Of a DNA stretch of 64,000 nt, positions 12,818 through 21,577 are shown one piece after another. Numbering within the stretch: the stretch's first letter is position 1; each line of letters begins with the position of its first letter. This stretch comes from Trypanosoma brucei. Lineage: Eukaryota. A model generated the notes under the pieces. That model worked only from the letters and a program-made list of their open reading frames with translations. It ran no database searches and was not told the origin of the DNA. The stretch covers positions 5,120,001 through 5,184,000 of the forward strand of contig CH464491.1 in NCBI GenBank assembly GCA_000002445.1, in the 5' to 3' direction. Both the position numbers and the translations under genes were made by a program.

Positions 12818-12975
12818 GGGTTAGGGTTCGCGGCAAAAAAATAGCCGCTGCATCATTAAGAAAAAGGTATAAGTCGCCACGCATCACTGCTAATAAAAAT
12901 ATCAAAAGGAAAATTAAAACCATAACCCTAACCCTAACCACCTAACCCGAAACACCTTAACCCGAATCACCGCAT
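12818..12975 (-). repeat. Interstitial telomere-like module A: GGGTTAGGGTTCGC + AGCCGCTGCATCATTAAG + (CCCTAA)n on plus, i.e. (TTAGGG)n on the VSG coding strand
   Basis: gggttagggttcgcggcaaaaaaatagccgctgcatcattaag … aaccctaaccctaaccacctaacccgaaacaccttaacccg. Confidence 0.85.
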
Positions 12976-13389
12976 TTGCCGCTCCGAACAAAAAGGGGCG
13001 CTGACAAAAAAAACGATGCCGGGTTGTAACAAAAAAAAATCAAAAACGAAAAAAATCTGAAAAATGTCGAAAACTAAAAAGCAAAAAAAAAAAAGAGAAT
13101 GTAAAAAAAATGTAAGCTAAAAACCGTTAAAAATTCAAAAAAAATGTAAAAAAAATGTAAAAAAATGTAAAAAAACAAAAACTCGGAAAATAGAAAAAAC
13201 TGAAAAAAAATTTAAAAGAAAAATCTAAACTGGGGCCCGAAGGAAATTAAAAGAAAGTTTAAAAAAGAAAGTGTGTGCTGTAAAATGTGGTAAAAAAAAT
13301 TAATTTTTCAAAAAAAAAGTGAGCAAAAAAAGGTCACGAAAAAAATTAAAATTAAAATTAAAAAAAGGTGCGTTTGCGGGAGGCGTGCG

Positions 13390-13570
13390 TGGGGGGGGGG
13401 GGAGGAGGGTTAGGGTCCGCACAATCAACAGCTGCTGCATCATTAAAAGAATTTAAAAAATGAATTAAAGAAAAAAGAAAAGAAAAAAAGTAACCCTAAT
13501 CCTAAGCCTAATCCTAAGCCTAATCCTACCTAACCCCATAACTAACCTAACTAACCTAACTACCCCCAAT
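13390..13570 (-). repeat. Interstitial telomere-like module B: poly-G13, GGGTTAGGGTCCGC, GCTGCTGCATCATTAA, then degenerate CCTAAT/CCTAAG/CTAACCTAA hexamer tract
   Basis: gggggggggggaggagggttagggtccgcacaatcaacagctgctgcatcattaaaag … taaccctaatcctaagcctaatcctaagcctaatcctacctaaccccataactaacctaactaacctaac. Confidence 0.85.
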
Positions 13571-13719
13571 TCCTACTTATCCTCTCTACCACTTGCACAA
13601 AAAGTTAAAGTTAAAAATTCAACAGGAAAAGAAAAATTTTTTTTAGTTTCCAGAAAAACAATTTTTTACAGAATCAGATTTTTTTACAACCAACAAAAAA
13701 TTCTCGAATGAATTTTTAG

Positions 13720-13735
13720 GTGTTAAAATATATCA
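13720..13735 (-). promoter_or_regulatory. VSG 3'UTR conserved 16-mer (TGATATATTTTAACAC), preceded by TTGCTACTTGAAAACTTC
   Basis: Plus strand gtgttaaaatatatcagaagttttcaagtagcaa is the reverse complement of the canonical VSG mRNA 3' end. Confidence 0.85.
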
Positions 13736-13797
13736 GAAGTTTTCAAGTAGCAAAAATTTTTAGCAAGGAAAACTTTAAAAAGAGGGGGAAATTTTGT

Positions 13798-15378
13798 TTA
13801 GAAAAGCAAGGCCGCAAATGCAGCAGAAGCCACGCCGAGGGCGAATTTCTTGTTTACTAGAAAACTACCATTTCTGCACTTTTCCTTTTCAGGCTCATCT
13901 GTTTCACCCTCCTTACCCTTTCTCCATGCACAATTTTGCTTGTCGCCTGTTTTGTCATTTTCACAAGCGGTTTTATCTTTGTGCCCTGTGCACCAAGCTG
14001 CAGTTGTTCCCCCCTCTTTTGTTGTGCCTTCTGTTCCTGCTGTTTCCGGTGTTGCCGATCCTGGTTTAGATTTGCATTCCCCCTTTCCATCTTTTTCTTC
14101 CCATTTGCAGTTAGCTTTGATGCAAGTCTGGTTTGTTGTGTGAGTGCTACAGTTGGTCGTCGTCTGCCCTATTGTATGCTGTTTTTGAGTTCCTCCTTTG
14201 ATTTTCTCAAGTGCAGCGGCCGTAGCTTTTGCCGAGTCTACAATAACAACTGCATCTTTCTTTAGTTTTTTGATCTGTTCTATTATCTGTAATCCGCGTT
14301 GCTTGTTGCTTTCAAGTGTTTGAAGGCCTAGCGCTAGGTTTTTTAGCGGGGGTATCCAGGTTAGTTGTTCTACTATAGGCTGTGCCTTGCTTGCGAAGCC
14401 GCTGAACTCTAAGCATACGCCTTGCGCTTTGTTGCCGTCACATTTCGAGCTTGCGAACTGTCCTAGGTATGCGTTGCTGGTGTCTTTGTGTATGAGGTCG
14501 TTGAGGTTAGCTATGGCGGCTAGTATTTCTGTGCCGGTTATTTGTCCTGCGTCAAACGGACATGATTTTGCTAGCTTGCCTAGGTTCGCTGCCGTTACCC
14601 CGGTCGCGAATGTGCTGGCGGCTTCCCAGGTGCCGCCGTCGGCCGCCTGTACGCAAACTGCTGGGTCTACATTGTTTGTGCCTCTAAAGCAGACGCATGT
14701 GAGGGCTTCCAGGGCTGTTGCCGGGTTGCCGTTGCCGCCTGCAGCTTTGCATACCGAGTCCCTTGTGCCTGTTGTTGTGCCTGTAAAAACCTTTGATGGG
14801 TCTGGGTTGCTTGCTGGCTTTGCATTTTCTCCGTATACGGCTGTTGCTATGGTTTCTTTTGCCGTGTTATCCTTGGGTGCGTCGGACGGTGGTTGTATGC
14901 TCTGCAATTCTTTCGCCAGCTCGTGCGCTCTTGTTCTAATGTGCTTTAAGTGATCCCGGGCTAGAGTTTCTTGGTCTTCGGTTAGTTCCATTATGCCCGC
15001 CTGGTTTTTTTGTCCCCCCGTCGTTGCTTCCAGTTTTTTGGCGGCGATCTTTGTCCACCGAGGCCAGTTTTCTTCAAACCCTCTGCCATCCTGGCCCGCT
15101 GATTTTGGGTTATCGTGCGTTTTCTTCGCAGCTTTGTCGCTGTAAAACATTTCTTGCCAAGATCCTGTTGCTGCTGAAAAATTTACCATGTGTATGTAGT
15201 CCAGGTCGTCTTCTGGCATAGCCGGTATGGTCGGTATCTCTACTTCGCGCGGTGCCATCGCCACGAATTTGCACAAAGCCGCGTGTTCCTGGCGGTTGGC
15301 TCCGCCCACAATGTCTGTCCCTTCTGTTTTCGTCACTAACCAAAGCACAATCGTCATTGGTAGCATTATTGCGTACAT
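13798..15378 (-). CDS. VSG: VSG, intact (526 aa; signal peptide MYAIMLPMTIVLWLV; C-domain …CKWEEKDGKGECKSKPG…; GPI signal SFLVNKKFALGVASAAFAALLF)
   Basis: Uninterrupted minus-strand ORF with full VSG architecture and canonical 3'UTR. Confidence 0.9.
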   Translation of the reverse strand: MYAIMLPMTIVLWLVTKTEGTDIVGGANRQEHAALCKFVAMAPREVEIPTIPAMPEDDLDYIHMVNFSAATGSWQEMFYSDKAAKKTHDNPKSAGQDGRGFEENWPRWTKIAAKKLEATTGGQKNQAGIMELTEDQETLARDHLKHIRTRAHELAKELQSIQPPSDAPKDNTAKETIATAVYGENAKPASNPDPSKVFTGTTTGTRDSVCKAAGGNGNPATALEALTCVCFRGTNNVDPAVCVQAADGGTWEAASTFATGVTAANLGKLAKSCPFDAGQITGTEILAAIANLNDLIHKDTSNAYLGQFASSKCDGNKAQGVCLEFSGFASKAQPIVEQLTWIPPLKNLALGLQTLESNKQRGLQIIEQIKKLKKDAVVIVDSAKATAAALEKIKGGTQKQHTIGQTTTNCSTHTTNQTCIKANCKWEEKDGKGECKSKPGSATPETAGTEGTTKEGGTTAAWCTGHKDKTACENDKTGDKQNCAWRKGKEGETDEPEKEKCRNGSFLVNKKFALGVASAAFAALLF

Positions 15379-15542
15379 TTCAGCGGTCTCTGTGGTGAAA
15401 CCTTGTGTTGTTGACCTTTATTGTGTCCATATAATATGCAGATGTTGTTGTTAAAAAAATCAGCTTATCTTTGGGGTATACTTTGTCTTAAACAGAAAAG
15501 TAATTAGCGTGGTCACCTAGCCGTGCTCTCGACCCTTGGTTG

Positions 15543-16731
15543 TTAACAGCTACACTCGTGCCAAAACGCTGTTATTTCTTTTATTTTGACTTTATTTTGT
15601 GACGGTGCCGAGATCAGCGCTGGTAGTGTGCTCACCAACCACATGTACTCATCCTCAGCAATGTGGTGTAAAACAATAAGGTTAGGATTACTTTCTAAAA
15701 ATCTATCTAGTGGCCTTTGTAAATGCATGACATAACGACAATCTTGCATATACACTGTTAATAAACTTTCAAATTTCAATTTACTCCTTATAACATCTCC
15801 AACTATAATATCTTCATTAAGTGCTCTAAAATCGATATAGGTTTTGAAATCTCTGAATTTAATTGGTGACTTTATTAATTTTTTCAGTGCTTCATAATCA
15901 ACAATTGCCATAACTACATACCTAGATAAAGTGGACGCATAACCTATCGTGTGCCATGTAATTTCATCACTAAATTCTTTAGGATATCCAACAGCTCTCC
16001 CCATATTCAATTTTTCTCTTGGAAGCAGCTCTAGATATTTTAGATACAGTGGCACTCTCATAAAAATATCATCATCTGCTTTCATAATATAAGGATTAGT
16101 TGTTTTGAATATTTCAACTTCAAATTTGAATTACAAATATGTATTTCTACTCCTAGTGAGTTCTGCCTCCCAGCCCCAATTACCCGCATCTCCAACTTCT
16201 TTATCTGTTGTAGGGTTCACATCGCACACGGGTAAAATAATAACATCCTGATATAAATACCCTTCTTCTCCAAGAACTTCTCTTAGCTCACAATTGTTAT
16301 TTGTGTGAGGTGAAAGAGCATATATTACAAGAAACTTTCCAGTAAAATTATTTACCTTTCTCGCCACTTCGGGATAACTCCAACACGTGTCTCTCTGTAA
16401 ATTCCTTCTTCTGAACCTTTTATCATTATCTATCGAAGGTATTCCAACTACAACCAAATAATCTTCAGTTTTCCAAATCCTCCTAACATCTTGCGAAATA
16501 AATTTCATATACTTATCTTCAACAATATCTAGTGAAATGGATTCACCTTCATTGAACAAGCCATAGAGTGACACACACAAACTGATGCACATAAAAATAA
16601 AAGGTAAACAACATACTGCTGCATAGATACATCTTATATAATTCAGAAAGCACTATTACCATACTAACGGAAACTTTGAAATACTTACTAAATGATAAAA
16701 ACCTGAGAATATGAAGTCGTTTGCAGCACAA
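15543..16731 (-). pseudogene. UDP-Gal/UDP-GlcNAc-dependent beta-1,3-glycosyltransferase-like (T. brucei GT67 family) pseudogene. In-frame TAA at 16128-16130 inside the catalytic domain; N-terminal membrane-anchor region in another frame
   Basis: ORFs 16131-16592 and 15543-16085 are in the same frame, separated by one TAA. Motifs RRRNLQRDTCW (R-x-x-I/L-R-x-T/C-W), DVIILPVCD and MKADDDIFM (K-x-DDD DxD) are typical of beta3-glycosyltransferases. Confidence 0.6.
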
Positions 16732-17439
16732 AGGTGTTTACATAAGTAATACCTTGATATACTTATGATATGGCTATTGAACGGTGTATGCTCAGTGCCT
16801 GCAGCTTACGGTTGAGCACGTGTGTACGGTTTCTTTTTCAGTCGTAAGATGCGGGCACATCTATGGAGTCACAACTACTTTCATTCCGCAGTTTTTTGTA
16901 TACATATTTCTATTCTATACGCTGTTATGTGAATTTTTGTAACCAGTTACACCGATGTGTACAAAGGATAGTAAGAATTTTACCAACATCCTGTGATAAC
17001 TACCCTATTCACCGTATTTCATTATCAAAATCTTTTCACCTTAGATAGATAAACTACAGTTACTACTATTTCTTCCACCATTTCTGCAGTTACATCAATC
17101 TGCTTTTTTGTAAAATGCGCGCATGATCGGTTTATCATGTATAACTTTCTTTTTCACTGGCCTCTTTCACATTCTTTTGATTCTCTGCTATGCTTTCCTT
17201 CATTTTTTGAATACTGCTCCCCTCGCTGCGGATAAGTTAGCGAGTTTATTTGGCTTATACACTGGACTATTTCCAACTATGATTGTCGACTCTGTCATCT
17301 CCTTGTGTATCATCATGACCCTCCTCATATTTGCGCATAAAACTGCGTATATTCCCTTCCCCTCTTTTCCTCACTAACCCGCTTTGCACCCTTGTCACTG
17401 ACTTAAGTGCATCCATTTCGGCAAGTCATTTACTCATCA

Positions 17440-17515
17440 ATACTACCCTTTTTATAATATTCGTATATGCACACTCACAACACTCTTATAATATTATTAC
17501 TATTAATATCGTGGT
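17440..17515 (-). repeat. 70-bp repeat
   Basis: ttataatattcgtatatgcacactcacaacactcttataatattattactattaata. Confidence 0.8.
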
Positions 17516-17946
17516 AACATCTTTAACTATCTTCATTATTTTTATTTTGATTTTGAACCTAAATTATTCCCAATATCCAGAAAATATACAAAATAAACCA
17601 AATTGTAATAGCACTCTTTTTTATACCTTTCTCCCAATTGTTTCACACCCATAGGCCACTATCATACATATTTCATATGTTTAATATTTTTTAAATCTTC
17701 ACAATTTTCAACGTTTTTCGACATTTTGCAAATTTTTTATCAAAAGTTGTTAAAATATATCAAATTTTATAAAATTAAGAAAATTCTTACAAAATGGCAA
17801 ATTTTCATATATTTCATAATAATGAGCAAAAATACTTATAATAATACCAAACTCGCAGAATCAGAAGCCGTACTCAAAGAATTTTTCTGATTGACGAGAA
17901 AAATGGAATCTTTGCACTATTTTCAATCCCACTTGCAGTTTACAGT

Positions 17947-19353
17947 TCAATCTTTCTTTTGTTTATCTTTGCAATCTATGCTTGTCTTTCCATCATTCCC
18001 TTCTGTTTCTTGGTTTGCTTTTTCTGCTTCTTTTTTGGCATCCTCACTCAATGTGCACTTTTTCTTGGGATCTTTTGCTTCGGCGTTCCATTTGCATTTT
18101 GGGGTGGCTGTGCATTCTGGCTCTTTGTCTATGTTATTGCATTTTGCTTCATCTTCTTCTTGTTTCTGCTTGGGGTCAGTTTTGGGGAGTTGGTTTATAA
18201 TTTTTTTTGCACGTAGCTCAAGCTCTTCTTCGGCGCCAATGTATTGCTGCCATGCCTGTTCTTGTAAGATTTGTATGTGATGCTCGTAGCTTTTTATTTC
18301 GTTTTGTTTGGCGTATCCTAGCTCAAGTTTCGTTGCGGCATCCTCAAATTCCTGTATCCGCGGTATCTGCTTGGTTCTGCCATCTAGTATGCCGGTGTAC
18401 TTGACGCAGCTGTTCCCGGCGTTTGCCATGTCGCATGTCCCTGCGTTGGCGGCTTTGCCGAAAATATTCTTGTGGCTTGCTGTTGTGCCACTAGGTTCGC
18501 CGCGTCCGAGTATCGCGGCAAATTTGCTTACGGCCCCCCTGATTTGCTGCGGCGTCAGTTGTTGTAGCGGCTTGAGTTGGGGGCAGGCCGTCGCTACTTT
18601 TTCCCAGGCCTGCTTGGCGCTGTCGCCGCTTTGCAGGTCGCTTAAACTGGCTGTGCTCGCGTCCGTCCCGCACGTTTTGCCGCTCGCATCGCTTGTGCTG
18701 CAAATGCAAATCGCGTCGTAAGCTAGGGCTTGTCCTAGGCCGCCGTAGTCGCCTCCTACGTTGGCGTGTCCGCAGTTGTTGGTTAGGGAGGTTTTCAGTG
18801 GCGCCTTGTCAAAGGCTTTGTGGCCTTTGCCGTACAGTGCGTTAGTGAGGTGACCCTTTGTTTCTTTAAAAGCTGTTTTAGCTGCTTCCACAGCTGCTGA
18901 GTGCTTAATTTTGACAGCTTCCGCGGCCCTGCTTATCCGATCCAATTTTTTGTTGGCTGTTAGCTGCCATTCTTGGACCGGCAAACGCTTGTAAATTTTT
19001 TTGCCGGTTGTGTCGGTGGCTTCTGTAATTTTTTTTTTCAGGTTGTCCCATTCGGTCTTAAGCGCTTCGTCTATTTTCCCGTCGCTTTTCTTCAGTTTGC
19101 CGTCTTTGTCGTTGTACCAGCTGCTTGTCGCTGTCGAGAGGTTCAGCAAGTTTATGTCCTCAAGCGGCGTGGTAATGTCTTCCGTTGTTGGTCCGTCTGG
19201 AATTGCCGCCGCTGCGTCTACTAGTCGTTTTAGTTCACAGACAACAAGGTATTCGGCCACATTGTCGCCTGCGGCGGACTCCGTGCGCTGGAGGACATTA
19301 GTTAGTAGTACGGCCAATCCCACAACCAGCTGCCGTGCGGTAACTTCCTTCAT
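17947..19353 (-). CDS. VSG: VSG, long ORF (signal peptide MKEVTARQLVVGLAVLL), but in-frame TGA before a degenerate GPI-signal region (…DCKDKQKKD* …CKDSIFLVNQKNSLSTASDSASLVLL*); no 16-mer
   Basis: ORF 17947-19398 minus; VSG N-domain motifs (CGHANVGGDYGGLGQALAYDAICICS) and C-domain (CTATPKCKWNAEAKDPKKKC). Confidence 0.8.
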   Translation of the reverse strand: MKEVTARQLVVGLAVLLTNVLQRTESAAGDNVAEYLVVCELKRLVDAAAAIPDGPTTEDITTPLEDINLLNLSTATSSWYNDKDGKLKKSDGKIDEALKTEWDNLKKKITEATDTTGKKIYKRLPVQEWQLTANKKLDRISRAAEAVKIKHSAAVEAAKTAFKETKGHLTNALYGKGHKAFDKAPLKTSLTNNCGHANVGGDYGGLGQALAYDAICICSTSDASGKTCGTDASTASLSDLQSGDSAKQAWEKVATACPQLKPLQQLTPQQIRGAVSKFAAILGRGEPSGTTASHKNIFGKAANAGTCDMANAGNSCVKYTGILDGRTKQIPRIQEFEDAATKLELGYAKQNEIKSYEHHIQILQEQAWQQYIGAEEELELRAKKIINQLPKTDPKQKQEEDEAKCNNIDKEPECTATPKCKWNAEAKDPKKKCTLSEDAKKEAEKANQETEGNDGKTSIDCKDKQKKD

Positions 19354-20909
19354 TGTTTTTCTTCGGGGGTTGGGTTTTAATAGAAATATAAATTTCAAGA
19401 AGACTGAATGCCAGTTGTAAATTCATCATTGTTATTCTGTGAGCTGAGAAACTAATGAATATTGAAGTTTGTGGTATAGAAAGGGAACCTCTTGGATGTC
19501 TCCATACCGACATTGCTTCCACATTCTACCTTTGCTAAAGACTTTTCGTAAAGAAACCGTATCATATAAATTTTATCGTTTAAATATTAGGTGTTTTGGG
19601 CTTTGAACCACAACCTCCGTCGATGAAAATTGTAGAATCTCTTTTGTAAATGCAATAACTATATTTTACACTTTAAAGGGCCTGAACCTTTATGGCAACA
19701 ACCGAAATACAGTTTTTTTCGCAAGTTTACAGTTTTAAATCATTCCACTTCCGTCTATATCTATTGAATTTATCTTCTTAAAATTATGTTTATTGCGCCT
19801 TTAAAATATTATTTTTATAACTACCATTGAAACTTCAAAGTTTATGCTTTGTTATTGATTCTGTTTGGCGACAATTCATACAGGGTATGTCGGCATAATA
19901 ACCATGCAGCACTGCTTCTTGTCAAGAAAAATTTTCTTCGCCTGGTTGTGCTTAAATCCTGCCTGATTATATACCTTTCACGCTTTAAACATGGTCATTG
20001 TGGTGTTGATTACATTTGTAAAGTCTTTTGAGTGCCCTTAGTCACTGCAGTAAGGCTTAGTCACCTCTTACCTATATGAAAATTATTCGGTCCTTGAATG
20101 GCGTCAATATGTCACCTGTATACGATCAAGGAATTGGAAGAATGACGTCATTGGTTCTCACTACTTTGTAGAGATCTTCTATCAACTCACTTATGGGCTT
20201 TTAAAAGTACTTTCCGCGTTTTTTAAAGTTCTTTGTTTTCTTTCCATTGTAATATATTAGCACTCCTAGTTTAAAATATTTCATTCTGATAATATTATAT
20301 TGGGTGACACAAATGTTAGTGCTTGTTATACCATCTGATGAGAACTCGACTTTAACATTACCTCATACTTTCTCAATACATTCTCACTATTATCCTTCTT
20401 GTTCCACTTCTTCACAAATAGACGTTAGAATCCACCCTTAGATTTAAAATCATAGTCGACAGCTTAATCTTTTTAGTAGTATCTTTCCACTTCTATATGA
20501 AAAACAGAGCACAACATCCTTCAGTGTCTTTTTTCTGCATTCTGCTACCCTGCATTCTTTTATTTCACTCCACATTTTGTTTTTTAACCTTCCTTTTCTA
20601 CCGTCGTTTATGCGGACACCGTGGAAACTCTTTTTCCACAAAAAGTGCACTCTATCCGTGTGTGAATGTTCCTTCCATCACGCTCTTTCGTACAATGATG
20701 ACCATCCCCATGTTTTTATTTTTCACCGTTCATATTACATCTCCTCCGCTTCTTCTCTTTCTGCATTTCATTTAATAATATTCATACACCTCTCTTTCAC
20801 TCCCTGCAACTTCCTATGAGACTCATTGTCCTACTCAATACCTTACTTTCATTACACCATCACCATTTTTAAGTGTGCCTGTTTTTGGCTTAGTGCTTAC
20901 TCTCCATCA

Positions 20910-20985
20910 ACCTTCACATAATAATAGTATATACACAATTACAACACTCTCCTATCGTTATTATTATTACAATTAAAACAATAAA
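20910..20985 (-). repeat. 70-bp repeat
   Basis: ataatagtatatacacaattacaacactctcctatcgttattattattacaatt. Confidence 0.7.
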
Positions 20986-21239
20986 TTATTGCTAATATCC
21001 ATGTAATAAGCAAAATAATCCAAAATAAAATAGCACCCTATTTTCATATCCTTTTACGCTACAACTTTACATACATAAACTACAGTCACACACATTTTAT
21101 TAAAATTACAAATTTCCAAATGTTCACTAATTTGTGCATTGTTTTTCAAAAACAATTTAAATATATGAAATTTTCACAAATTTCATAAAATTGAGCGAAA
21201 AACTTTTACCAATAATTCTTAAAAATGTTATTCTAGAAG

Positions 21240-21330
21240 CAAAACAGCAAGAGAAAAAGGGGCTTTAATTACAAAAGAATACCACCCTGTGGTATTCAAA
21301 GTTTTGCCGTCTTTGCATTCTGTTTTTTTG
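21240..21330 (-). pseudogene. VSG: VSG 3'-terminal remnant (…NTTGWYSFVIKAPFSLAVLLLE*); the rest of the gene is replaced by ingi-1
   Basis: Minus-strand translation gives a GPI-signal-like tail; the 3' flank and 70-bp repeat follow, as for other VSGs. Confidence 0.5.
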
Positions 21331-21577
21331 ATTGTTTTTCAACATACACGCTGAACGTGCACTTTTTACATCTCCTTTGAGTTTAAAAACGAAACAGTTT
21401 TTCTCCTTTTTTCCCCCTATATCCTTCTTTATTGTATTCTTTCTCTTTCTATTCTATGCAGAGAGTTATGCATTTAGAGTTAGCTATCGATTTCTTTAAG
21501 TCATAGTTTTTTAGCACTATGTCTCCTCCTCTTTTTGCCTGATATTGTTCTAAGATAACACGAAGGTGGGTTATATC

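Noticed and set aside
12696-12941. ORFs starting MVRVRV… (also 36387-36887)
   Set aside because: The MVRVRV N-terminus is a translation of GGTTAGGGTTAGGG telomere hexamers; the rest is non-coding flank. No coding signal.
14387-14953. Many plus-strand ORFs of 60-200 aa overlapping VSGs (e.g. 17-562, 14387-14953, 28999-29511, 54052-54567)
   Set aside because: They are antisense or alternative-frame artefacts of the minus-strand VSG genes. They are Cys/Leu/Arg-rich, lack any domain signature, and appear wherever a VSG lies on the opposite strand.
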